This document shows, in pieces, positions 1 through 9,997 of a DNA stretch of 64,000 bases. Both the position numbers and the translations under genes were made by a program. The notes below the pieces were generated by a model, which worked only from the letters and a program-made list of their open reading frames with translations, was not told where the DNA came from and ran no database searches. The stretch covers positions 3,520,001 through 3,584,000 of the forward strand of contig OZ245002.1 in the NCBI GenBank assembly GCA_965223415.1. Direction: 5' to 3'. This DNA comes from Myxococcota bacterium. Its GTDB lineage: Bacteria > Myxococcota_A > UBA9160 > UBA6930. The first letter of the stretch is position 1, and each line of letters opens with the position of its first letter.

Positions 1-83
1 GCGTTGCGACATGGCGCCGTTCTCATCGGCCGGTGCCCCCTCCGTCCTGAGGAGCGTCCGCGACTCCGCTACCGTCCGCGCCC

Positions 84-1145
84 ATGATCTTCCAGACCGA
101 CGACCTGCGGATCCGCGAGCTTCGCCCCCTGATCCCGCCGGCGATCCTCTTCGAGGAGCTTCCCCTCGGGGAAGAGAGCTCTGCGACCGTCGCCGAGGGC
201 CGCAGGCAGATCTCGCGAATCCTCCACGGCGAGGACGATCGTCTGGTGGTCGTCGTCGGCCCCTGCTCCGTCCACGATCCGGAGGCCGCCCTCGCCTACG
301 CGGACCGGCTCGTCCCGGTGGCCGACCGCTTCGCCGGAGAGCTGTGCGTGGTGATGCGGGTCTACTTCGAGAAGCCCCGCACCACCGTCGGCTGGAAGGG
401 CCTGATCAACGATCCGGACCTGGACGAGAGCTTCGCCATCAACGACGGCCTGCGGAAGGCCCGCCGCTTTCTGCTCGACGTGGCGGAGAAGGGGCTGCCG
501 GCGGGCTGCGAGTTCCTCGATCCGATCTCGCCGCAGTTCATCGCCGATCTGGTGTCCTGGGGTGCGATCGGCGCCCGCACCTCCGAGAGCCAGGTCCATC
601 GCGAGCTGGCGTCGGGCCTCTCGATGCCGGTCGGGATCAAGAACGCGACCGACGGCAACGTGCAGGTCGCCATCGACGCGATGGGCTCGGCGCTCCATCC
701 CCACCACTTCCTCTCCGTCACGAAGCAGGGGGTCGCCGCGATCGTGGCGACCGCGGGCAACGAGGACACCCACCTGATCCTCCGCGGCGGGGCGAACGGG
801 CCGAACTACGAGGAGGCCTCCATCTCCCAGGTGCTCACGGCCCTCGACCGGGCGGGCCTGCCCCAGCGCGTGATGGTCGACTGCAGCCACGGCAACAGCC
901 GCAAGGACCACGCGCGGCAGCCCGACGTCGCGAAGGACCTGGCCCGCCAGGTGGCCGCCGGCTCCCGGGCCCTCTTTGGCCTGATGATGGAGAGCTTCCT
1001 CGTCGACGGCCGCCAGGACTACGCCCCGGACGCGGAGCTCGTCCGCGGCCAGAGCATCACCGACGCCTGCATGGGCTGGGAGCGCACCGAGCCGCTCTTC
1101 GAGACCCTGGCGGAGGCGGTGCGGAGCCGCCGCGCGGGCTCGTGA
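84..1145 (+). CDS. aroG: Class I DAHP synthase (AroF/G/H type)
   Basis: Motifs VVGPCSVHD, RVYFEKPRTTVGWKGLIND, GARTSESQVHRE, DCSHGNS. Confidence 0.93.
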   Translation: MIFQTDDLRIRELRPLIPPAILFEELPLGEESSATVAEGRRQISRILHGEDDRLVVVVGPCSVHDPEAALAYADRLVPVADRFAGELCVVMRVYFEKPRTTVGWKGLINDPDLDESFAINDGLRKARRFLLDVAEKGLPAGCEFLDPISPQFIADLVSWGAIGARTSESQVHRELASGLSMPVGIKNATDGNVQVAIDAMGSALHPHHFLSVTKQGVAAIVATAGNEDTHLILRGGANGPNYEEASISQVLTALDRAGLPQRVMVDCSHGNSRKDHARQPDVAKDLARQVAAGSRALFGLMMESFLVDGRQDYAPDAELVRGQSITDACMGWERTEPLFETLAEAVRSRRAGS

Positions 1146-1181
1146 GGCCAGGCGGGCCGTCTTCGGCGGGTCGGGGGGGGG

Positions 1182-1856
1182 TCAGGAGGCCTCGCTGTCC
1201 CCCGCCGCCACCGTCTTCTCCTTCAGCCGCCGCAGCACCTCCTCCGGGCCACCCTGGGAGAGCACCTCCTTGAACTGGGAGCGGAAGCTCGAGACCAGGC
1301 TGACGCCCTCGATCTTGACGTCGATCACCCGCCATAGGTCCTCCCGGAGGCGCAGGCGGTAGTCGATGGCGACGTCGTCCGCCTGGCCGCCGACGATGCG
1401 GGTGAGGACCGTGACGTCCCCCCGCGGCTCGACCCGCTCACCGGTGATCTCGACGCCTTCCTGGTCGTAGCGGTCGATGCGCGTGCCGTAGCTCGCCGCC
1501 AGGTGGTCGGCGAAGGCCTCCACGAACTCGATACGCTGGTCCGGGGTGAACTTCCGCCAGCTCCGGCGCAGCACGAGCTTGGACATCGTCTCGAAGTCGA
1601 AGCGCTCCCGGGCGATCGCCTCGAGGCGCGTGCGCCGCTCCACGGACTCCAGGTCCGGTGCCTGGAGCACCGCCAGCACCGCGCTCACCGTGTCGTCCAT
1701 GACTGCCCGGGCCGCGGCGGTCTCCACGGCGGAGGCCAGGGCCGGCCCCGCCAGCAGCAGGGCGGCGATCCACAGGACGGCCAGCAGGCGTCGTCTGCCC
1801 GTGTCCCTTCCTGCCTCAGGGGCCTTCGTCGAGATCGTCGTCGAGATCGTCGACAT
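1182..1856 (-). CDS. mlaC: MlaC/Ttg2D phospholipid-binding periplasmic protein (start uncertain)
   Basis: Signal-like segment, FDFETMSKLVL, IDVKIEGVSLVSSFRSQF; last gene of mlaE-D-A cluster. Confidence 0.85.
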   Translation of the reverse strand: MSTISTTISTKAPEAGRDTGRRRLLAVLWIAALLLAGPALASAVETAAARAVMDDTVSAVLAVLQAPDLESVERRTRLEAIARERFDFETMSKLVLRRSWRKFTPDQRIEFVEAFADHLAASYGTRIDRYDQEGVEITGERVEPRGDVTVLTRIVGGQADDVAIDYRLRLREDLWRVIDVKIEGVSLVSSFRSQFKEVLSQGGPEEVLRRLKEKTVAAGDSEAS

Positions 1857-2559
1857 CGTAGAGATCCTCATCCTCTTCCTCGGCGGCTTCTTCCCCGTCC
1901 ATGACCCGCCGCTCCCGGTTCTGGAGATAGGCGTTGCGGACGAAGACATAGTAATCCAGGGCGGTCCGGCGGTTCTCGGCGATCTCTTCGAGGTATTCGG
2001 CCCGGGTGTTGATGACGTCGATCACGCTGATGCCGTAGGCGGACGGCACCGTGGCGAAGTCCAACGGGAAGGCGGCCAGGTCCCGGCCCGTGTAGGGGCC
2101 GAAGAACGGTACCTGGATGTAGGGACCGGGCCCGACTCCCCACACACCGAGGGTCTGGCCGAAGTCCTCCTCGTAGTGGGGGATGCCGATCGGGGTGGCG
2201 GGGTCGAACAGGCCCACGATACCGACCGTGGTGTTCACCGCGAAACGGCCGAGGTCGGCCCCGGCCCTTCCCGGCTTGCCCTGCAGGAGGTCGTTCAGCA
2301 GGGTGCGGATCATGCGGAGGTTGTCGAAGAAGTTTCCCACGCCCGTCTGCACGAAGCCCGGCATCACGAAGGCCCAGCCCTTCGCGACCGGCTCGAGCAC
2401 GACCTTGTCCAGCCCTTCGTTGAATCCGAAGATCTCCTCGTTGAAGCCCTGGTAGGGATCCGGCCCGTTGGTGGCACAGCCCAGGCTCCCCGCGAGGAGG
2501 AGACCGGCCGCGGCCGAACGGGCGGCCCGGAGGATTCGACGGGTCGGACGGCGAATCAT
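1816..2559 (-). CDS. mlaA: MlaA/VacJ lipoprotein
   Basis: Lipobox SLGC; RFAVNTTVGIVGLFD, EDFGQTLGVWG. Confidence 0.93.
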   Translation of the reverse strand: MIRRPTRRILRAARSAAAGLLLAGSLGCATNGPDPYQGFNEEIFGFNEGLDKVVLEPVAKGWAFVMPGFVQTGVGNFFDNLRMIRTLLNDLLQGKPGRAGADLGRFAVNTTVGIVGLFDPATPIGIPHYEEDFGQTLGVWGVGPGPYIQVPFFGPYTGRDLAAFPLDFATVPSAYGISVIDVINTRAEYLEEIAENRRTALDYYVFVRNAYLQNRERRVMDGEEAAEEEDEDLYDVDDLDDDLDEGP

Positions 2560-3017
2560 TCATCTCCCCCCAGGCCGGCGTTGTGGACCAGCGTGCCGAC
2601 CAGCTTCTCGAAGTTGAGCGCGCTCTCGGTGAAGGACAGGACGTCGCCCCGCTTCAGGAGCTCGTCCTCGCCACCGGGCTCGAGGGCGATGAACTGGTCG
2701 CCCAGCAGGCCGGAGGTGCGGATGCTCGCGGAGGTGTCGATCGGGAGCTCGAGCCCCGTCGTCACGTCCAGCTCGACCGTGGCCCGCAGGTCTTCGTCGA
2801 GGGCGATGGCGGTCACCTCGCCCACGGGCACGCCGGAGATCACGACCGGCGCACGGGTCGTGAGCCCGCCGATCTCGTCGAAGGTGGCGCGCAGCACGAA
2901 GCCGCCCTTGCCCTGGTACTCGAGCCCGCCCAGCTGGATGGAGAGGTAGGCGAGGGCGGCGATGCCGGACAGCACGAACAGGCCGACCACCAGATCGCGC
3001 ACGGGATGGCTCTGCAT
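2556..3017 (-). CDS. mlaD: MlaD MCE-domain protein
   Basis: N-terminal TM; IGGL...SGVPVGEV, ASIRTSGLLGDQFI. Confidence 0.93.
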   Translation of the reverse strand: MQSHPVRDLVVGLFVLSGIAALAYLSIQLGGLEYQGKGGFVLRATFDEIGGLTTRAPVVISGVPVGEVTAIALDEDLRATVELDVTTGLELPIDTSASIRTSGLLGDQFIALEPGGEDELLKRGDVLSFTESALNFEKLVGTLVHNAGLGGDE

Positions 3018-3029
3018 GACGCCCCTTTC

Positions 3030-3809
3030 CTAGAAGCCCCAGAGGGCCGTGAAGATGTAGTCGGCCAGCAGGATGCAGACGGAGCCCGTGACGACCGTCG
3101 ACGTGGTCGAGGCGCTTACCTCGGCCGTGCTGCGCCCGGTCGTGAAGCCGCGGAAGGTCGCGACCAGCGCGATCAGCGCCCCGAAGAGCAGCGCCTTCAA
3201 CGCGCTGCCCACCACGTCCGTGTCGAATTCCACTGCGTTCTCCAGGCCCGAGAGGTAGATGCCGTGATCCAGGCCGAGTAGCTGCACGCCCACCAGATAG
3301 GCACCGAGAATGGAGGCCACGATGAAGAGCGCCGAGAGCAGCGGCATGGAGAGGGTGAGGGCCACCGCTTTCGGGACCACCACGAACTTGATCGGGTCGA
3401 CCGCCATCGTGCGCATGCCGTCGATCTGCTCCGTGGCCACCATCATGCCGATCTCCGCGGCCATCGCCGAGCCGGCCCGGCCGGTGACGAGGAGGCCGGT
3501 GAGCACCGGGCCCAGCTCACGGATCAGGGTGAGCCCCACGACGGCCCCCAGGGATTCTTCCGCGCCGAAGCGGACGAGCACGTTGTAGAGCTGGAGGCCC
3601 AGCACCAGGCCGACGGCCAGGCCCGAGGCGCAGACGATGGCGAGGGAGAGCACGCCGCTGTCGTAGGCTTCGCGCACGATGCGCCAGGGGCGGTAGGGCG
3701 GGCGGGCCAGCCCGCTCACGATCCAGCCCGCGAAGCGCGCGATCCGCCCGAGCTCGGCCACGATGCCGAGGGTGCGCCCGCCCAGGTGCTCCACCGCCCC
3801 GCGAATCAT
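3030..3809 (-). CDS. mlaE: MlaE ABC permease
   Basis: RELGPVLTGLLVTGRAGSAMAAEIG...EQID. Confidence 0.93.
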   Translation of the reverse strand: MIRGAVEHLGGRTLGIVAELGRIARFAGWIVSGLARPPYRPWRIVREAYDSGVLSLAIVCASGLAVGLVLGLQLYNVLVRFGAEESLGAVVGLTLIRELGPVLTGLLVTGRAGSAMAAEIGMMVATEQIDGMRTMAVDPIKFVVVPKAVALTLSMPLLSALFIVASILGAYLVGVQLLGLDHGIYLSGLENAVEFDTDVVGSALKALLFGALIALVATFRGFTTGRSTAEVSASTTSTVVTGSVCILLADYIFTALWGF

Positions 3810-3884
3810 CCGGTCTGCCGAAGGATGGACGCCGGGCGGGGGGAGGGAGCGGGCCGGGGGGTCATGATCGGCACAGGCTAGCGT

Positions 3885-4994
3885 TCAGATGGAGGCGGTC
3901 GCGAGCCCGTCCCGGGCGCGCCGCACCAGGGCGAGGCCCTTCTCCAGCACCGCACGACGCCAGCCCGGATCGGCGGGGGCGAACACCTCACGCAGCTCCG
4001 TCTTGATGGCCCGGCCCCGGGCGGAGCCCGGATTCCCGTGGTGGTGGAGCCAGTTGTCCGCGCGCAGCGCCCAGAAGACCCGCTCCGGCGGGACCGTGCC
4101 GAACTCGGCGGTGAAGGGAGTCAGCGCGCAGCCCCGGTCCGCCTCCTCGCAGAGGCCCACTTCGATCACGCCGGCAAGGGGGGCGGAGACGGACTCACCG
4201 GCGGCGGTGCTGCGGAATGCGTCGCCGTACCAGGCGCGGCCCCGCCGGTAGACCGGATCGCCGGGCGGCAGCTCGGTAATCAGCTCGGGTACGCCGCGAG
4301 GGCCGAGGCCCGTATGCACGTCGATCCAGGCGGCGCGGGACACGCCGCGGGTCGCCTCCCGGGCGATCTCGCGCAGGATCCGGTTTCCGGGCTCCGGCTC
4401 CCGTCCTCCGTACTGGGTGCCCGTTGGGTGCGCGTACTGCCCGACGGACAGCACCTCCTGGAGCCGATCGGCTCCGTGGGCCCGGGCGAAGGCCGCCAGT
4501 GCCTGGCGGGCCCGGGCGTCCTCCTCCCCGTCGAGCCGGCTCGGGTTCACGTGTTCGTAGAGCGCGTCGTAGTCGGGGCAGGGCGCGTGGTCTTCCGGAT
4601 GGCGCAGGAAGTTGCGGTTGAGGTCCACGTTGTGCTCATTCACGCGCCGGTCGGCGTCGAAGCCCCACGGGTTGAGGGCGTGGACGAGCAGGAGCCCCAT
4701 GTCGCGGGGCAGGTCCAGCCGGTCACCCGGGCGCGAGAGCAGCAGGTGCTGGAGTGCGCTCCCTGCGTGGCCCTCGATGCCGTGGATGCCGGAGCTCACG
4801 ACCAGCAGCGCCGGCGGCGCGCCCGGGCCCAGACGTGCCGTGTCGACCGCGAGCTCGCCGCCGTCGCGCCCCCGGACCGCGAGGGGATGGCTGGCGACCC
4901 GGGCGCCGGCACGCTCGGCGGCGGCCAGGAAGAGCTCGCGCGCCCGGGCATAGCTTCCGGCGAAGTGGGGCGCGGGGTCGGTGGCGTTCGGCAT
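3885..4994 (-). CDS. M14-like zinc carboxypeptidase (DUF2817 family)
   Basis: SGIHGIEG, RVNEHNVDLNRNF, IDVHTGLG; start set at MPNAT. Confidence 0.8.
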   Translation of the reverse strand: MPNATDPAPHFAGSYARARELFLAAAERAGARVASHPLAVRGRDGGELAVDTARLGPGAPPALLVVSSGIHGIEGHAGSALQHLLLSRPGDRLDLPRDMGLLLVHALNPWGFDADRRVNEHNVDLNRNFLRHPEDHAPCPDYDALYEHVNPSRLDGEEDARARQALAAFARAHGADRLQEVLSVGQYAHPTGTQYGGREPEPGNRILREIAREATRGVSRAAWIDVHTGLGPRGVPELITELPPGDPVYRRGRAWYGDAFRSTAAGESVSAPLAGVIEVGLCEEADRGCALTPFTAEFGTVPPERVFWALRADNWLHHHGNPGSARGRAIKTELREVFAPADPGWRRAVLEKGLALVRRARDGLATASI

Positions 4995-5031
4995 GGTGGG
5001 TGTCGAGGGGTCGCTAGCATACGACCCGCCC

Positions 5032-6270
5032 ATGGAGCTCTTCAACGTCGCCGCCCTGCTCGTCAGCTTCTCGGCGCTGTTCGCCTGGCTGAACCACCAC
5101 ACCCTGCGGCTCCCGACCACGATCGGCGTGATGGCCATCGCGCTGGTCTTCTCGTTGGGCGTGCTCTTCCTGGGCCGGGTCGGGCTCGGCTCGGACGAGT
5201 GGTTCGCGTGGTTCGAGGCGGTGGAGTTCGCGCCGGCGCTGCTCGAGGGGATGCTCGGCTTCCTGCTCTTCGCCGGCGCCCTGCACGTCGACCTCGGCGA
5301 CCTGCGCGAGCAGCGCTGGGTGGTGACCTTCCTCGCCACCCTGGGCGTGCTGCTCTCCACCGTGTTGATCGGCGCCGCCGCCTGGTGGCTGTTCGGCGCC
5401 ATCGGTCTCGCGCTTCCCTGGGTGGCGTGCCTCCTCTTCGGGGCGCTGATCTCGCCGACGGATCCGATCGCCGTGCTCGCCGTCCTGAAGCAAGCCGGCG
5501 TGCCGAAGAGCCTCGAGACCAAGATCGCCGGCGAGTCCCTCTTCAACGACGGGGTCGGGGTGGTCGTCTTCCTCGTCGTGCTCGGGGCCGCCGCGGACGG
5601 GGGCGGCTTCGACCCCGGGGCGGCGCTCGGGCTGCTGCTGAAGGAGGCGGTGGGCGGAGTCGCCCTCGGGCTGGTGCTGGGCTCCCTCGCCTTCGCCATG
5701 CTGCGCAGCGTCGACAGCCCCCAGCTCGAGGTGCTGATCTCGCTGGCGCTGGTGACCGGCGGCTACGCCCTGGCCCACGCCCTGCACACCAGCGGTCCCC
5801 TGGCGATGGTGGCGGCGGGTCTCCTGATCGGGAACCACGGGCGCCAGTTCGCCATGAGCGACGACACGCGCCAGAACCTGGACGTCTTCTGGGAGTTGGT
5901 GGACGAGATCCTGAACGCGGTGCTGTTCGTGATGATCGGCTTCGAGGTGCTGGTGCTGGAGTACACGCCCCCGCGGCTGGTCGCCGGCCTGCTGGCGATC
6001 CCCCTCGTGCTGGCGGTGCGGGCCCTCGCCGTCGGGACCGGGGTTTCGCTCCTGCGGCTGCGGCGCAGCTTCAGCCCCCACGCGGTGAAGATCATGTGCT
6101 GGGGTGGAATTCGCGGCGGCATCTCGGTGGCGCTGGCGCTGCAGCTGCCGCCGGGGCCGGAGCGGGACGTCATCGTGTCGATCACCTACACGGTGGTGGC
6201 CTTCTCGATCCTCGTGCAGGGCCTCACGGTGGGTCCCCTGGTGCGGCGCTTGTATCGGGACGCCGGGTGA
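5032..6270 (+). CDS. CPA1/NhaP-type Na+/H+ antiporter
   Basis: Many TM helices; ISPTDPIAV, GESLFNDG, WGGIRGGIS. Confidence 0.92.
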   Translation: MELFNVAALLVSFSALFAWLNHHTLRLPTTIGVMAIALVFSLGVLFLGRVGLGSDEWFAWFEAVEFAPALLEGMLGFLLFAGALHVDLGDLREQRWVVTFLATLGVLLSTVLIGAAAWWLFGAIGLALPWVACLLFGALISPTDPIAVLAVLKQAGVPKSLETKIAGESLFNDGVGVVVFLVVLGAAADGGGFDPGAALGLLLKEAVGGVALGLVLGSLAFAMLRSVDSPQLEVLISLALVTGGYALAHALHTSGPLAMVAAGLLIGNHGRQFAMSDDTRQNLDVFWELVDEILNAVLFVMIGFEVLVLEYTPPRLVAGLLAIPLVLAVRALAVGTGVSLLRLRRSFSPHAVKIMCWGGIRGGISVALALQLPPGPERDVIVSITYTVVAFSILVQGLTVGPLVRRLYRDAG

Positions 6271-6875
6271 CGAGCGCGGAGCGGCGGGTGCTCGTCGTGA
6301 GCGGCCTGCCGCGCTCGGGCACGTCGCTGTTGATGCAGATGCTCGCGGCGGCCCGCGTGCCGATCCTCTCGGACGGCGAGCGGCTGCCCAATGTGAGCAA
6401 CCCGTTCGGGTACCACGAGCACCGGCAGGTCCGGGCCCTGGAGCGGGACGGCGACGCGGCCGCCTGGCTCGCCCGGTACGGCCCGGGCCGCGCGGTGAAG
6501 GTGGTGGCGGCGCTGCTTCCCCATCTTCCCCGGGCGCCCGGCCTCCGCTACGCGGTGCTCTGGGCCGAGCGGGACGCGGAGTCGGTGGCGGCCTCCCAGG
6601 ACGCCATGCTGGCACGGCTCGGCGAGGACGGCGGCGGGCTCCCGCGCGAGCGCCTGGTCGCGGTGCTGGCGGTCCGGCAGGCCGAGGCGCGGGCACTCCT
6701 GGACGCGCGTGACGATTGCGACTGGTGTGCCGTCTCCTTCGAGGCACTCCTCGCCCGGCCGCGGGAGGAAGCGTCGCGCATCGCGGCGTTCCTGGGCGGT
6801 GGCCGGGACGAAGCGGCGATGGAATCCGCCGTGCGTCCGGGCCGGGTGCGGTCCGGAGGCGGCTACACTGCGCCG
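6267..6875 (+). CDS. Sulfotransferase-family domain, in frame with the downstream MalY ORF with no stop
   Basis: GTG overlaps antiporter stop; PAPS-binding loop SGLPRSGTSLLMQML. Confidence 0.72.
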
Positions 6876-8033
6876 ATGGCCGATCCCCGCTTCGACGAGC
6901 TCGACATCGACGTGCTGCGCCGGCGCAGCGGTGAGAAATGGCGGATGTACCCGTCCGACGTCCTGCCCGTGTGGGTCGCGGACATGGACTTCGAGGTCGC
7001 CCTGCCCATCCGCCGCCGGCTCGAGGAGTGTCTGGAGGTCGGCGACCTCGGCTACCCCATGCACCCGGCGCCGACCGGACTGCCGGAGCTCTTCGCGGAG
7101 CGTGCCGCCCAGCGATGGGCCTGGCCGGTGGACCCGAAGCACGTCGAACTGCTGACCGAGGTGGTGCAGGGGATCTACGTCGCCCTCGAGCAGTTCAGTG
7201 AGCCCGGTGACGGCGTGATCGTCCAGACGCCGATCTACCCGCCATTCCTCGGCGCCGTGGAGGAGCTCGGGCGCCGGCTCGAGGAGAACCCGCTGCGTGT
7301 GGGCGAGAGCGGCTACGTCATGGACCTGGACGGCTTGGCGGAGCGGGCGGCCCGCTCGAAGGTGCTGCTGCTCTGCAACCCCCACAACCCGACCGGTCGC
7401 GTGTTCCGCCGCGAGGAGCTGCAGGCCGTGGCCGAGATCGCCGCGGCGAACGACCTGGTGGTGGTGAGTGACGAGATCCACGCGGATCTGGTGTTCCCCG
7501 GCTGCCAGCACATCCCCTTCGCCACCCTGTCGGACGACGCCGAAGCGCGGACGATCACCCTGACCTCCGCTTCGAAGGCCTTCAACATCGCCGGCCTGCG
7601 CTGCGCCCTGGCCGTCTTCGGCAGCGCCGAGCTGCGCCGGCGCTTCCTCGCCTTTCCTCGCCACTTCCGCGGCGGCCTGGGCAGCCTGGGGATCCAGGCC
7701 ACGCTGGCCGCCTGGCGCGAGGGCGACCCGTGGCTGCGCGACCTGCTCGCCTACCTGGAGGCCAACCGCGACTTCCTGGCCGACACCGTCGCCCGCGAGC
7801 TCCCGGACGTCCGCTTCTTCCGCCCCGAGGCCACCTACCTCGCCTGGCTCGACTTCCGCGCCCAGGGCCTGGCGCCGTCCCCCTACCGCCACTTCCTCGA
7901 CAAGGGAAAGGTCGCCCTCAGCGACGGCAGCCACTTCGGCCCCCCCGGCCAGGGCTTCGCCCGCATCAACTTCGCCACCTCCCGCCCCCTCCTCAGCGCC
8001 GCCCTCGACCGCCTCCTCGACTCGCTGAGGTAG
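6876..8033 (+). CDS. MalY/PatB-family PLP-dependent C-S lyase/aminotransferase
   Basis: WVADMDF, CNPHNPTGRVF, SDEIHAD, SASKAFNIAG, EATYLAWLD. Confidence 0.9.
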   Translation: MADPRFDELDIDVLRRRSGEKWRMYPSDVLPVWVADMDFEVALPIRRRLEECLEVGDLGYPMHPAPTGLPELFAERAAQRWAWPVDPKHVELLTEVVQGIYVALEQFSEPGDGVIVQTPIYPPFLGAVEELGRRLEENPLRVGESGYVMDLDGLAERAARSKVLLLCNPHNPTGRVFRREELQAVAEIAAANDLVVVSDEIHADLVFPGCQHIPFATLSDDAEARTITLTSASKAFNIAGLRCALAVFGSAELRRRFLAFPRHFRGGLGSLGIQATLAAWREGDPWLRDLLAYLEANRDFLADTVARELPDVRFFRPEATYLAWLDFRAQGLAPSPYRHFLDKGKVALSDGSHFGPPGQGFARINFATSRPLLSAALDRLLDSLR

Positions 8034-8034
8034 C

Positions 8035-8065
8035 TGTTGCGTTAGGGGCCGGTTCCGTTTGTTGC
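8035..8065 (+). repeat. Left 31-bp inverted repeat flanking the Y1 transposase; imperfect second copy at about 8074-8104
   Basis: tgttgcgttaggggccggttccgtttgttgc is the exact reverse complement of 8946-8976. Confidence 0.92.
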
Positions 8066-8066
8066 G

Positions 8067-8888
8067 TTACTTGTGTTGCGTTGGGACCGGTTCCGTTTGT
8101 TGCGTTGTCTCGTTGCGGAGGGCTCGGGTGACGGAGCTGCGCGAGACGTCGAGCCATCGGGCGATCTCCGCGGGACGGAGTCCCATCTCCGATCGTGCTC
8201 TTCGGGCGAAGGCCGCTCGGGCACGACTCGCTGCCCTGGTCTTGCAGCGGCTGCGCAACGCGGCGGCTTCGATCCCGAACTCGAGAGCGACGACGTTCGC
8301 GAGCTCTTCCATCGTCCGTGCCCGCTCCTCTTCGTCGACCTTCATCCACTCACCGACCCGGGCTCTTGCCCTGTCGTCGTCTTCGTCGAAGAATCGCAGG
8401 GCTCGGTGCGAATCGTGGAAGGGTCGGGACTCGATGAGACCGAGCAGCGACGGGTGGCCGGTCCACGGGTAGTGCGCCAGCGCGCTGAGGGAGGGAATGA
8501 CGCCGCCGCGGACGGGGTTCAGGTGCACGTACCGAATCAGGCCCATCACGTCCGCTTCGTCGCCTGCCAGCCGCGAGATGAATCGGCTCTGGAAAAGGTA
8601 GCCGCGGCGATCATGGCGTCGATTGAAGTGCGTCGCGTACAGCAGATTGACCCGGTGCATCACCTTCGAGAGGTGAACGTCACCGGTGAGGATCAGCAGG
8701 TGCACGTGGTTCGTCATGAACGCCCAGGCGAGGCAGATGGCGCCCGATTCGCCGAGGACCCTCGTGAAGCGGCTCGCGAAGAACTCCCGGTCGAGGTCGT
8801 CCATGAAGACCGCGCGACCGTCGACGCCGCGCATCATGACGTGGTGGATGCAGCCCGGAGCGTCTAGCCGAAGAGGGCGGGGAGGCAT
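8067..8888 (-). mobile_element. REP-associated tyrosine (Y1/HUH) transposase-like protein with C-terminal HTH
   Basis: HHVMMRG, HUH motif NHVHLL, GYLFQSRF, catalytic Tyr in RYVHLNPV. Confidence 0.88.
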
Positions 8889-8945
8889 CGGTGTCTCCCG
8901 GGACCCGGGGCCCTACGAAGTTAGCGAACGGAACCGGCTCGGAAG

Positions 8946-8976
8946 GCAACAAACGGAACCGGCCCCTAACGCAACA
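8946..8976 (-). repeat. Right 31-bp inverted repeat; partial extra copy aacggaaccggc at 8928-8939
   Basis: gcaacaaacggaaccggcccctaacgcaaca. Confidence 0.92.
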
Positions 8977-8982
8977 AGCGGG

Positions 8983-9921
8983 CTACTTTAGCGACGGGAG
9001 GACGGTCTCGGCGAAGAGCTTGGCGGGCTCGCGGGTGTCTCGGCCGAAGAACTCGATGATGAACATGGTGCAGCCGAGGGCGCGGTGGCGCTCGATGCAG
9101 TCGATGACGTGAGAGGGGTCGCCCCAGATGCCGTGGGCTTCGAGGCCGGCGCCCATGTGACCGCCGTAGACCTTGTGGGCCTTCTCGAGGTGTTGCTTCG
9201 CCGTGGCTTCGTCCGGGGCGATCACGACGGTGCACTGCTGGGAGACGACGAGGCTCGACGGGTCGCGTCCCTCCTCCTGGCAGCGCCGGCGGAGGACGCC
9301 GACCTTGTGCTCCAACTGGCCCTGGAAGACGGCCATGTTGTTCCAGATGTCGGCGTGGCGTGCGGCGATGCCCATCAGCACCTTCTCGCCCGCTCCGCCG
9401 ATCAGGACCGGCGGCGGCTCCGCCGGCTTCGGCTCGAGGGCGCAATCCTTCACCTGGAAGTGCTCGCCTTCGAAGCTGGTGCGCTCCTCGCTCCAGAGCG
9501 ATTTCGCGATCCGGGTCATCTCCTCCAGCGCGCGCAGCCGCGCGCCCGTGGAAGGGAAGGGCACGCCGTAGGCCTCGAACTCCGCCTGGAACCAGCCGCC
9601 CCCTAAGCCCGGGATCACCCGACCGCCGCCGGCGATCTGGTCCACGGTCGCGATCTGCTTCGCGAGCACCGCCGGGTTCCGGAAGAAGGGCGGCGTCACG
9701 AGCGTTCCGAGCTTGACCTGCTCTGTCACCGCGGCCACCGCCGCCAGCTCGCTCCACGCCTCGAGGATCGGCAGCTGGGGCATCGGCACGCCGTAGAGGT
9801 GGTCGCACACCCACACCGAGTCGAAGCCGAGGGCGTCGAAGGTCTCGGCGGCGGCCCGGGCCTCGGGCCAGCTGCGCTTGATCTGGGGGAGGGTGACGCC
9901 GAAATGGAGGGGAAGGTCCAT
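8983..9921 (-). CDS. LLM-class (probably F420-dependent) oxidoreductase
   Basis: GFDSVWVCDH, RNPAVLAKQIATVDQI, IGGAGEK. Confidence 0.88.
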   Translation of the reverse strand: MDLPLHFGVTLPQIKRSWPEARAAAETFDALGFDSVWVCDHLYGVPMPQLPILEAWSELAAVAAVTEQVKLGTLVTPPFFRNPAVLAKQIATVDQIAGGGRVIPGLGGGWFQAEFEAYGVPFPSTGARLRALEEMTRIAKSLWSEERTSFEGEHFQVKDCALEPKPAEPPPVLIGGAGEKVLMGIAARHADIWNNMAVFQGQLEHKVGVLRRRCQEEGRDPSSLVVSQQCTVVIAPDEATAKQHLEKAHKVYGGHMGAGLEAHGIWGDPSHVIDCIERHRALGCTMFIIEFFGRDTREPAKLFAETVLPSLK

Positions 9922-9997
9922 GGAGGCGCAGGGTAGGGCGGCAAGTCCGCGTCGGGCAACGCTCAATTCCCCGGTCGTCCCGGCCGATACGCACCCC

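Noticed and set aside
2556..2600. MlaD C-terminus GGDE as a Pup-like ending
   Set aside because: Ordinary periplasmic MlaD; coincidental
4038..6266. N-terminal part of the 1331-aa ORF
   Set aside because: Shadow frame over the peptidase and antiporter; recognisable domains begin only at 6267
8035..8117. Repeated tgttgcgtt units as a CRISPR array
   Set aside because: Only about two units, no spacer-sized gaps, no cas genes; explained as transposase-flanking repeats
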